From contig JAUXOM010000031.1 in the NCBI GenBank assembly GCA_030682175.1, forward strand, positions 1,112 through 65,111: a DNA stretch of 64,000 nt, read 5' to 3'. A program made the position numbers and the translations under genes. Source of the DNA: Rhodocyclaceae bacterium. GTDB lineage: Bacteria; Pseudomonadota; Gammaproteobacteria; Burkholderiales; Rhodocyclaceae. Each line of letters starts with the position of its first letter. Position 1 is the stretch's first letter. This document shows, piece by piece, positions 1-7,473 of the stretch. The notes under the pieces were generated by a model. That model saw only the letters and a program-made list of their open reading frames with translations. It was not told the origin of the DNA and did no database searches.

Positions 1-2
1 GC

Positions 3-275
3 GGCTATGCCGACGGCTATCCGCGCCACGCGCCGACCGGCACGCCCGTGCTGGTGGATGGCATCCGCACGCGCACCCTCGGCCGCGTGTCGATGGACAA
101 GCTGTGTGTCGACCTGACGGAACTCCCGGCAAAAGTCGGCGTTGGCGGGACGGCGACCCTGTGGGGCAGGGCAGGGGAAACCGTGCTGCCCGCCGACGAA
201 GTCGCCACGGCTGCCGGCACCATCAGCTATGAACTGTTCTGCGCTCTCGCAGCACGAGTTAGTGTGCTAGATTGA
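3..275 (+). CDS. alr: Alanine racemase, C-terminal part (5' end outside window)
   Basis: Frame from base 3 reads [16 protein letters not shown]...[12 protein letters not shown]...TISYELFC, typical Alr C-terminal motifs. Confidence 0.9.
   Translation, partial: GYADGYPRHAPTGTPVLVDGIRTRTLGRVSMDKLCVDLTELPAKVGVGGTATLWGRAGETVLPADEVATAAGTISYELFCALAARVSVLD
131..155 (+). repeat. 25-bp core motif copy inside alr
   Basis: AAAAGTCGGCGTTGGCGGGACGGCG, one mismatch to consensus, read as KVGVGGTA. Confidence 0.8.
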
Positions 276-299
276 CTTGCATACTTATGGAGACTACGC

Positions 300-524
300 A
301 TGAACCCTCTTGACCGAATTACTTTCGACGCCGCGCAATGCGGCGGTCGGCCGTGCATTCGGCATCTGCGCATCCGGGTCAAGGATGTGCTGGATTTGCT
401 TGCCGCAGGCGCGTCACACGAAGAAATCCTGACTGATTATCCTTACCTCGAGCCAGAGGATATTTCGGCGGCGCTGGCTTATGCGGCAGCCCAGGTTGAT
501 CACCTCATATTGAGAGCTGCCTGA
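300..524 (+). CDS. DUF433 family protein (putative antitoxin)
   Basis: RITFDAAQCGGRPCIRHLRIRVKDVLDLLAAGASHEEILTDYPYLEPEDI matches the DUF433 pattern; GGAG upstream. Confidence 0.85.
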   Translation: MNPLDRITFDAAQCGGRPCIRHLRIRVKDVLDLLAAGASHEEILTDYPYLEPEDISAALAYAAAQVDHLILRAA

Positions 525-526
525 GC

Positions 527-661
527 TTGAAGTTCATCGTCGATGCCCAGTTGCCACCCGCGCTGGCGCGCAAGCAGCCGTTGCTTGAGAAGTTCGATAC
601 CTTGCTCCCCGCTATTCTTGCCGCGCTCGACCGTGGCGAAACCCTGATCGAGCTAATCTGA
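527..661 (+). pseudogene. DUF5615 PIN-like toxin with in-frame internal deletion (44 aa)
   Basis: TTG start; reads MKFIVDAQLPPALAR-KQPLLEKFDTLLPAILAALDRGETLIELI; family-like N- and C-termini with the central core missing; directly follows DUF433. Confidence 0.7.
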
Positions 662-662
662 C

Positions 663-2051
663 ATGGTCAAGGCCAAATCGATTTATTCCTGCACCGAATG
701 CGGCGCGAGCGCGCCGAAATGGCAGGGGCAGTGTCCCGGTTGTGGAGAATGGAACACGCTGGTGGAAGCCGTCGCCGAAGCGGCGACGCCGGCGGCCAAG
801 CGCTTCGGCGCCAGCTTTGCCCCATTGGTTGGCGGGGCGGCCAGCAGCAAACCGCAGGACCTGGCAAGCATCCGCCCGCGCGATGAGCCCAGGCTCCCGA
901 CCGGCGTCGAGGAGTTCGACCGCGTGCTGGGCGGCGGCCTGGTCGCCGGCGGCGTGGTGCTGATCGGTGGCGATCCGGGCATCGGCAAATCGACACTGTT
1001 GCTGCAAGCACTGGCGCGCCTCGCCGAAGCCGGCCAGCCGGTGCTGTATGTCTCGGGGGAAGAATCCGGCGAACAGATTGCCCTGCGCGCCAATCGGTTG
1101 CAGCTCCCGGCTGCCGGGCTGCGCCTGCTGGCCGAGATCAATCTCGAAAAAATCATCGCCACCTTGCAGGATGAAAAACCGCTGGTCGCCGTGATCGACT
1201 CGATCCAGACGCTCTGGTCGGACGCCCTGCAATCCGCGCCCGGCTCGGTCGCGCAGGTGCGCGAATGCGCGGCGCAATTGACGCGCTTCGCCAAGCAGAC
1301 CGGCGTCTGCATCATCCTCGTCGGCCATGTGACGAAGGAAGGCGCGCTGGCCGGCCCGCGCGTGCTCGAACACATCGTCGATACCGTGCTGTATTTCGAG
1401 GGCGACACGCACTCGAGCTTTCGCCTCGTGCGCGCCGTCAAGAACCGCTTCGGCGCGGTCAATGAACTCGGTGTGTTCGCCATGACCGACCGTGGCCTGA
1501 AGGGCGTTGCCAACCCCTCGGCCCTGTTCCTCTCGCAGCATGCGCAGGACGTCGCGGGCAGTTGCGTGCTGGTCACGCAGGAAGGCACGCGCCCCTTGCT
1601 GGTCGAGATACAGGCGCTGGTCGATGCCGCCATGTCGGGCAATCCGCGCCGCCTGACGGTCGGCCTCGACCCGCAGCGGCTGGCGATGCTGCTGGCCGTG
1701 CTGCACCGGCATGCCGGCGTGACCTGCGGCGATCAGGATGTCTTCGTCAATGCCGTCGGCGGCGTGCGCATCCAGGAACCGGCGGCCGACCTGGCCGTGC
1801 TGCTGGCCATCGTCTCGTCCTTGCGCAACAAGCCGCTGCCCGGCAAATGGGTGGCCTTCGGCGAAGTCGGCCTGGCCGGCGAAATCCGTCCCGCCCCGCG
1901 CGGCCAGGAACGCCTGAAAGAAGCCGCCAAGCTGGGCTTCACCCATGCCCTGATCCCCAAGGCCAATGCCCCGCGGCAGGCGATCAAGGGCATGACGGTG
2001 ATCGCCCTGGATCGGGTCGAGCAGGCGATGGATCAGTTGCGGAACAGGTAA
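663..2051 (+). CDS. radA: DNA repair protein RadA/Sms
   Basis: CxxC-CxxC zinc finger, GGDPGIGKST Walker A, KNRFG motif, Lon-like C-terminus. Confidence 0.97.
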   Translation: MVKAKSIYSCTECGASAPKWQGQCPGCGEWNTLVEAVAEAATPAAKRFGASFAPLVGGAASSKPQDLASIRPRDEPRLPTGVEEFDRVLGGGLVAGGVVLIGGDPGIGKSTLLLQALARLAEAGQPVLYVSGEESGEQIALRANRLQLPAAGLRLLAEINLEKIIATLQDEKPLVAVIDSIQTLWSDALQSAPGSVAQVRECAAQLTRFAKQTGVCIILVGHVTKEGALAGPRVLEHIVDTVLYFEGDTHSSFRLVRAVKNRFGAVNELGVFAMTDRGLKGVANPSALFLSQHAQDVAGSCVLVTQEGTRPLLVEIQALVDAAMSGNPRRLTVGLDPQRLAMLLAVLHRHAGVTCGDQDVFVNAVGGVRIQEPAADLAVLLAIVSSLRNKPLPGKWVAFGEVGLAGEIRPAPRGQERLKEAAKLGFTHALIPKANAPRQAIKGMTVIALDRVEQAMDQLRNR

Positions 2052-2056
2052 TTAAA

Positions 2057-2268
2057 GCCCGCCCCTCCCGACCTCCCCTCGCGGGGAGGTGACTGTTGCT
2101 CGCTGCGCTCGTTTGTTACGGGCCGCCCCGTTCAAGCTTGGGCGCGGATTGCGGCTGGCGCCGCGTGCCGCCTTGTGTGCGACAAAGTCGCATTCCGCTG
2201 CGCGGAACCAGCCTTCGGCTGTCCTGCGGCCTACGGCCTTGTCTTGGGGCGGCCCGGCGACAAGGCTA
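2057..2268 (+). repeat. Structured intergenic element, copy A
   Basis: Shares GTGACTGTTGCTCGCTGCGCTCG, GCGGATTGCGGCTGGCGCCGCGTGCCGC and CTTGGGGCGGCCCGGCG with other copies. Confidence 0.85.
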
Positions 2269-2269
2269 C

Positions 2270-2294
2270 CGCCGTCCCGCCAGCGTCGACTTTT
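2270..2294 (-). repeat. 25-bp core motif copy
   Basis: Reverse complement AAAAGTCGACGCTGGCGGGACGGCG. Confidence 0.85.
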
Positions 2295-2319
2295 GCTTTA
2301 GTGTGAAACACCCACTACC

Positions 2320-2340
2320 CGTCACACCGGCGCAGGCCGG
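2320..2340 (+). repeat. REP-like hairpin arm
   Basis: CGTCACACCGGCGCAGGCCGG; inverted counterpart at 4854-4876. Confidence 0.55.
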
Positions 2341-2448
2341 AGAGGCGGCGATCTGGTCATCGGTAATGCCGGCCAAGGCTGCACCATCATTGTGTCTGGG
2401 GCGGGTGAATTGTCGTTCTATCGCCTTCGTCACGCCTTTAATAGTGCC

Positions 2449-2502
2449 TTGACATATTAACGACTACCGTAGTAGTCTTTAACTGTCATCCGCATTGTTA
2501 AA
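2449..2502 (+). promoter_or_regulatory. Sigma70-type promoter with two overlapping inverted repeats upstream of fic
   Basis: TTGACA 2449-2454, TAGTCT 2473-2478; palindromes GACTAC-N4-GTAGTC (2462-2477) and TTTAAC...GTTAAA (2478-2502). Confidence 0.55.
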
Positions 2503-2508
2503 GGCATC

Positions 2509-3669
2509 GTGAAGCGCTCCGACCTCAGCCCTGCGCACCAAAAGCGACTCGTTCCGGTTCCGGACCGGTCGGGGGCATTCGCGCTCATTCCGCCACCGAC
2601 GCCGGCCATGGTGCCGCTGACCGGAATCGAGCATGAGGTGCTCAAGGCACACGAAGCGCTGGGTCTGGTTCGACAACTGGTCACCGACTTGCCGAACCCG
2701 TATCTGATTGCACGCACGCTGGATCGGCGTGAAGCGGTGAAGAGCAGCCAGATCGAGGGTACCCATGCCGAGGTCGATGAGTTGTTCGAGTACGAGGTGA
2801 CCGGAGAAGAGGAAGGCTTGCCTGCCGATGTTCGGGTCACGCTCAACTACGTCGAGGCAATGGATGTCGGTCTCAAGGCGGTTCGACTGGCCGGCACCCC
2901 GGCCATCACGAAATCGCTGATCCAGGATCTGCACCGTGTCCTGATGGAAGGCGTGAAGGACTACCGCGATGCCCCGGGCGACCTGCGCACCATCCAGAAC
3001 TGGATCGGCAGCGGCAACATCCACGACGCCAGCTTGGTGCCACCGCCGCCCAATCAGGTGAGCCCCTGCCTCGACGACCTGATCGGCTTGTTGCAATATC
3101 AAGCAGACGGCGTCGCCGTTGTTTCAATCGTCGTGCGGCTGGCGATCGCACATGCCCAGTTCGAAGCCATTCACCCCTTCCGTGACGGCAACGGCCGTGT
3201 CGGCCGCTTGCTGCTGCCGATCATGCTGGCGGCAGAGGACTATCCGCTGGTCTATCTGGCGGGGTATCTCAAGTCCAACCAGCGCAGTTACTACGACACC
3301 CTGCTGCGCGCACAGACGCGGGGCGAATGGCAAGCGTGGGTACGCTTCCTGGCACGCGGGATCGTCGAGTCCTGCAATGAGGCGGCCGAGATGACGCGCC
3401 GCCTGCTTGCACTGCGTGACGAGTGGCGTCAGCGGGTATCGTCATTGCGAGGCGATGCCACGGGTCGCAAGCTGGTCGAGATCCTGATCGGCGCGCCGAT
3501 CGTGACGGCCAATTCGGTCAAGGAGCAACTCGGCGTGAGTTTCCCGGCAGCAAATACGGCCATAGCGCAACTGGTCGACCTGGGCATCCTGCAGGCCTCC
3601 GAGCGGCGGCGTAACCGGATATTTGTCGCTGATCAGGTGGTGGCACTATTGCGGCGAGGTATTGAATGA
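2509..3669 (+). CDS. Fic family protein with probable C-terminal HTH
   Basis: HPFRDGNGRVGR Fic motif, EAVKSSQIEGT N-terminal motif, C-terminal winged-HTH-like segment; GTG start. Confidence 0.92.
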   Translation: MKRSDLSPAHQKRLVPVPDRSGAFALIPPPTPAMVPLTGIEHEVLKAHEALGLVRQLVTDLPNPYLIARTLDRREAVKSSQIEGTHAEVDELFEYEVTGEEEGLPADVRVTLNYVEAMDVGLKAVRLAGTPAITKSLIQDLHRVLMEGVKDYRDAPGDLRTIQNWIGSGNIHDASLVPPPPNQVSPCLDDLIGLLQYQADGVAVVSIVVRLAIAHAQFEAIHPFRDGNGRVGRLLLPIMLAAEDYPLVYLAGYLKSNQRSYYDTLLRAQTRGEWQAWVRFLARGIVESCNEAAEMTRRLLALRDEWRQRVSSLRGDATGRKLVEILIGAPIVTANSVKEQLGVSFPAANTAIAQLVDLGILQASERRRNRIFVADQVVALLRRGIE

Positions 3670-3876
3670 GCATTTCGAAGACTCCCCCAGTTCTACTTCG
3701 TGACTTCGCGAGAATTTCTCGGAGCCGGTGAATCTTTCGCCCGTATGACTGGGTAGTCATGCGAAGGTGGTTGCCGCCGCCGTGCGGGGCGCAATATGTT
3801 TTTCGCATCGTTTATCCCGCTATTGAACGTTGATTTGTCGATCCCGGAGCAATTCGCTTTCTCAAGCCATCATTCC

Positions 3877-3924
3877 GGGGCAAGAACGTCAGCCCGGAAT
3901 GATTTGATCCGGGGCGGAATTCAG
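3877..3924 (+). repeat. 48-bp direct repeat, copy 1 (REP-like)
   Basis: 43/48 identical to 4788-4835 by manual alignment. Confidence 0.85.
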
Positions 3925-3950
3925 CACAAACAGGGTAAGACCTCGGTTTT

Positions 3951-3973
3951 GCCGTCCCGCCAGCGCCAAACTT
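3951..3973 (-). repeat. Degenerate core motif copy
   Basis: Reverse complement AAGTTTGGCGCTGGCGGGACGGC, inside an ACCTCGGTTT...AAACCGAGGT inverted repeat. Confidence 0.7.
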
Positions 3974-4105
3974 CGGACAGGGAAACCGAGGTGACCCATT
4001 TTTATGACAACATGAGTTCTTGCAAGACTGAATCGACACTCGGTAATCAGCAAATCAGGTAGCATGAACCCCGCCCGTTGGAGGACGAAAAACTCAGGGG
4101 ATCTC

Positions 4106-4495
4106 ATGCAATACACACCACTACATTGGACGTCTGATTACGAGACGGGGATCGAGGAAATCGACCTCCAGCACCACTACTTCATGACCCTAATCAACCG
4201 TATCGAGGATGAGATTCAGCAATCGACGGACCTCGCTTACCACAAGCGCTTGCTGGATGAGCTCTGCAAGTACGCTTCATTTCATTTCATCAGCGAGGAA
4301 AACATCATGCATAAGCTCGGCTACCCGGAGAGGCAGCAACACTATCTGTTGCACCGGAACCTGCTCGACAAGCTCTCCTGGGCCCTCGTGCAACACTCGG
4401 AGGAGAAGTTCATCGGGTTCCTGCACGACTGGTTCTTGCACCACACCGTGACCGAAGACAAAAAGGTCGGCGTATTCGCCCGGACGGTGAACTGA
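4106..4495 (+). CDS. Bacteriohemerythrin
   Basis: W..DYETGIEEIDLQH, HFISEE, YP..QH...H, DWFLHH..TED iron-ligand pattern; GGGGA RBS. Confidence 0.9.
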   Translation: MQYTPLHWTSDYETGIEEIDLQHHYFMTLINRIEDEIQQSTDLAYHKRLLDELCKYASFHFISEENIMHKLGYPERQQHYLLHRNLLDKLSWALVQHSEEKFIGFLHDWFLHHTVTEDKKVGVFARTVN

Positions 4496-4699
4496 CCGGC
4501 ATACAGTCGCGCGCCATAGCGAACAGACCGGTACCTGCCCCTGCCGAGCCCCCACAGGTTTTCTGTGAAATGCGTGCCCCTTTAAATCTTTTACTTTCCA
4601 GCACCCAGATCGACACCACCTGCATCCGCCTCGACTTCACGCAAGTCGTTGCACTGCTGGCAAGTCGCCATGCCTCCGACGCCAAGGCGGCCTCAACAG

Positions 4700-4723
4700 A
4701 AAGTCGGCGCTGGCGGGACGGCG
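4700..4723 (+). repeat. Core motif copy
   Basis: AAAGTCGGCGCTGGCGGGACGGCG, perfect match. Confidence 0.9.
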
Positions 4724-4787
4724 TCAAAGATGATAAGGAGGCAGCGAATGACGGGCGGTGGAGGTTGGTGGCGTGACTGAAGCAGCT

Positions 4788-4876
4788 GGGGCAAGAATGT
4801 CAGCCCGGAATGATTAAATACGGGGCGGAATCCAGGAAAATCAACAACCTGGACACCGGTTTGTGCCGGTGTGACG
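4788..4876 (+). repeat. 48-bp direct repeat copy 2 followed by REP-like right arm
   Basis: Repeat of 3877-3924, then CCAGG...CCTGG and CACCGG-TTTGTG-CCGGTG-TGACG hairpins. Confidence 0.75.
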
Positions 4877-4910
4877 AGCAATCAGCGCTCCTTGGGTATG
4901 ATCTTCACCC

Positions 4911-7430
4911 ATGAACACCCTGAGACTCACTTTACGCATGCTGCTGCGCGACCTGCGCGCCGGCGAGTTGACCGTCCTCGCGCTGGCGCTGGTGCTGGCG
5001 GTGACGGCGCTGACCAGTGTCGGTTTTCTGGCCGATCGGGTCGAGCGGGCGGTCGCGCGCGAGGCGCACCAGTTGCTGGGGGGCGATCTGCTGTTGACGG
5101 CCGATCATCCGTGGCCGGAAACGTTTCGCGCGGCGGCGGAGCGGCATGGCTTGCGGCTGGCGGAAAGCGTCAACTTCGTCAGCATGGTGGCAAGCGCCGC
5201 GGAGAATGGCGGCGTGCAACTGGCCGAAATCAAGGCGGTGTCGGACGGTTACCCACTGCGCGGCGCCCTGCGCATCGCGCCGCGCCTGAATGTCGGCGAT
5301 GGTGAGACGGCGACCATTCCCGCGCCCGGCACGGTCTGGCCCGATGAACGGCTGGCGACCGGACTGGGTGTCGACAGCGCGGCCCGGCTGCGCCTCGGCG
5401 AGCTCGAAACCACAGTGGCGGCCATCGTCACGCTGGAGCCGGATCGTGGCATCAACCCGTTCGCGCTGGCGCCGCGCCTGATCATCAATCTGGCCGACGT
5501 GCCGGCCACTGAGCTGATCCAGCCCGGCAGCCGCGCCCGCTGGCGCCTGCATGTGGCGGGCGACGCGCCGGCTGTTGCCGAGTTTCGCCAGTGGGCGCAG
5601 GCCAATTTGCAGCGCGGCGAGAAACTCGAAAGCCTCGACAACGCGCGCCCGGAAATCCGCAACATCATCGAGCGCGCGCAGCGCTTCCTGCGCCTGGCGG
5701 CGTTGTTGACCGTGGTGCTGGCCGCCGTGGCGGTCGGCATGGCGGCACGGCGCTACATGCAGCGCCATCTGGATGCTTGTGCGGTCATGCGCTGTCTGGG
5801 GGCCAGCGAACGGCAGATTTTGCTGATCCACGGCGGCGAGTTCATCGTGCTGGGTCTGGTGGCCACTCTGCTCGGCGGGGCGCTGGGCTATCTGGCCCAG
5901 GAGGCCTTGCACATGCTGCTGGCCGGACTGGTCGCCGAACAGTTGCCCGCACCCGGCTGGCTGCCCTGGTTGCACGGTCTGGCGGTCGGCAGCGTACTGG
6001 TGGCGGGTTTCGTGCTGCCGCCGCTGCTGCGCCTCAAGTCAGTGCCGACGGTGCGCGTGCTGCGGCGCGAATGGGGCGCGCATTTTGCTGGAGTCGAACC
6101 GCTGTCGGCGGCTTCCTATCTGCTCGGCATGGGCTGTCTGGCCGGGCTGATGTTGTGGATGGCGAATGATGTGCGGCTGGGCAGCGTGGTGCTGGGTGGT
6201 TTTCTGGTCGCGGTGGCGGTGTTCGCCCTGGCCGGACAGGGCTTGCTGGTGCTGCTTGGCCGCTTGCCGGCCCGGCTGCTGTCTGGCGGTTGGCGCATCG
6301 GGCTGGCCAATCTGCACCGCCGCGCCGGGGCGACGCTGGTGCAGGTGGTGGCGCTGGCGCTGGGGCTGACCACGCTGCTGATCCTGACGCTGGCAAAAGA
6401 CGATCTCATGTCGGTTTGGCAGACCCAGACGCCGCCCAACGCGCCCAACCGTTTTCTCATCAACGTGCAGCCCGATCAGCGCAGCGCCATCGGCGACTTT
6501 TTCGTGAATAAGGGATTGCCCGCGCCGCGCCTCGAACCGATGGTGCGCGGGCGGCTGACCAGCGTGAATGGCCGCAAGGTGGCGCCGCGCGATTTTGTCG
6601 ATGAACGCGCCCAGCGTCTCGTCGAGCGCGAGTTCAACCTGTCGAGCCGCGATGACCTGCCGCCCGGCAACCGGGTCGTCGCCGGGCGCTGGCATGCTGG
6701 CGATGGCCCCTCACGCGCGCCAATCCCGCTCTCGGTGGAAAAGGGTCTGGCCGATACGCTCAACCTGCACATCGGCGACGAACTGCTGTTCGACATCGGC
6801 GGCCAGCCGTTTGTCGCGCAGATCGCCTCGCTGCGCAGCCTTGAATGGGACTCGATGCGCGTCAATTTCTTCGTCATCGCGCCAGCCGGCAGCATGGACG
6901 ATCAGCCCACCAGTCTCATCACCAGCTTCCACTTGCCGGACGGCAGTGAAACGATCATCAGCGATCTGGTGCGGCAGTTTCCGAACCTCACGGTGATCGA
7001 CGTGGCCGCGCTGGTGCGGCAGTTGCGGAATACGCTCGACCAGGTGGCGCGCGCGGTGCAACTGGTGTTCGGCTTCGCCCTGCTGGCCGGGCTGGTGGTG
7101 CTGTATGCCGCGCTGCAGGCCAGCGCCGGCGAGCGCAATCACGAGCTGGCAGTGTTGCGCGCGCTCGGCGGCCGGCGCCGCCAGTTGCATCAGGCATTAT
7201 TTGCGGAATTTGCCACGCTCGGTGCGCTGGCGGGCTTGCTCGCCGGCCTGGCCGCCACGGCCATCGGCACGGCGCTGGCGCGCTGGGTATTCCAGCTCGA
7301 CTATCTGCCAACCCCCAGCCTGCTCTTGGTCGGCTTGCTGGCCGGGTTGGCCGGGGTAGCGCTGGCAGGTCTCATGGCGACCCGCAAGGCGCTGGCCGGG
7401 CAGGTGGTGGAAGGCCTGCGCGGCGTTTGA
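4911..7430 (+). CDS. ABC transporter permease, FtsX/YbbP-like
   Basis: MLLRDLRAGEL start, two FtsX-like membrane blocks, F.INVQPDQ and VEREFNLS motifs; 839 aa. Confidence 0.88.
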   Translation: MNTLRLTLRMLLRDLRAGELTVLALALVLAVTALTSVGFLADRVERAVAREAHQLLGGDLLLTADHPWPETFRAAAERHGLRLAESVNFVSMVASAAENGGVQLAEIKAVSDGYPLRGALRIAPRLNVGDGETATIPAPGTVWPDERLATGLGVDSAARLRLGELETTVAAIVTLEPDRGINPFALAPRLIINLADVPATELIQPGSRARWRLHVAGDAPAVAEFRQWAQANLQRGEKLESLDNARPEIRNIIERAQRFLRLAALLTVVLAAVAVGMAARRYMQRHLDACAVMRCLGASERQILLIHGGEFIVLGLVATLLGGALGYLAQEALHMLLAGLVAEQLPAPGWLPWLHGLAVGSVLVAGFVLPPLLRLKSVPTVRVLRREWGAHFAGVEPLSAASYLLGMGCLAGLMLWMANDVRLGSVVLGGFLVAVAVFALAGQGLLVLLGRLPARLLSGGWRIGLANLHRRAGATLVQVVALALGLTTLLILTLAKDDLMSVWQTQTPPNAPNRFLINVQPDQRSAIGDFFVNKGLPAPRLEPMVRGRLTSVNGRKVAPRDFVDERAQRLVEREFNLSSRDDLPPGNRVVAGRWHAGDGPSRAPIPLSVEKGLADTLNLHIGDELLFDIGGQPFVAQIASLRSLEWDSMRVNFFVIAPAGSMDDQPTSLITSFHLPDGSETIISDLVRQFPNLTVIDVAALVRQLRNTLDQVARAVQLVFGFALLAGLVVLYAALQASAGERNHELAVLRALGGRRRQLHQALFAEFATLGALAGLLAGLAATAIGTALARWVFQLDYLPTPSLLLVGLLAGLAGVALAGLMATRKALAGQVVEGLRGV

Positions 7431-7473
7431 TCTGGTGCAAGCATTTCCCGCTGTTGTGTACCATAATGGATTT

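Noticed and set aside
804-841. Core-like halves TTCGGCG...TGGCGGGGCGG around 19 nt in the radA linker
   Set aside because: Several mismatches and the intervening sequence matches no module; chance in GC-rich DNA cannot be excluded
612-1946. Long antisense ORF opposite radA, and many similar ones opposite acs, typA, glnD, dxr and others
   Set aside because: Shadow frames of GC-rich genes; no recognisable motifs, and the opposite strand has a clear gene
3518-3808. Minus-strand 96-aa ORF and other short ORFs between fic and hemerythrin
   Set aside because: Overlaps fic or repeats, with no RBS or recognisable family
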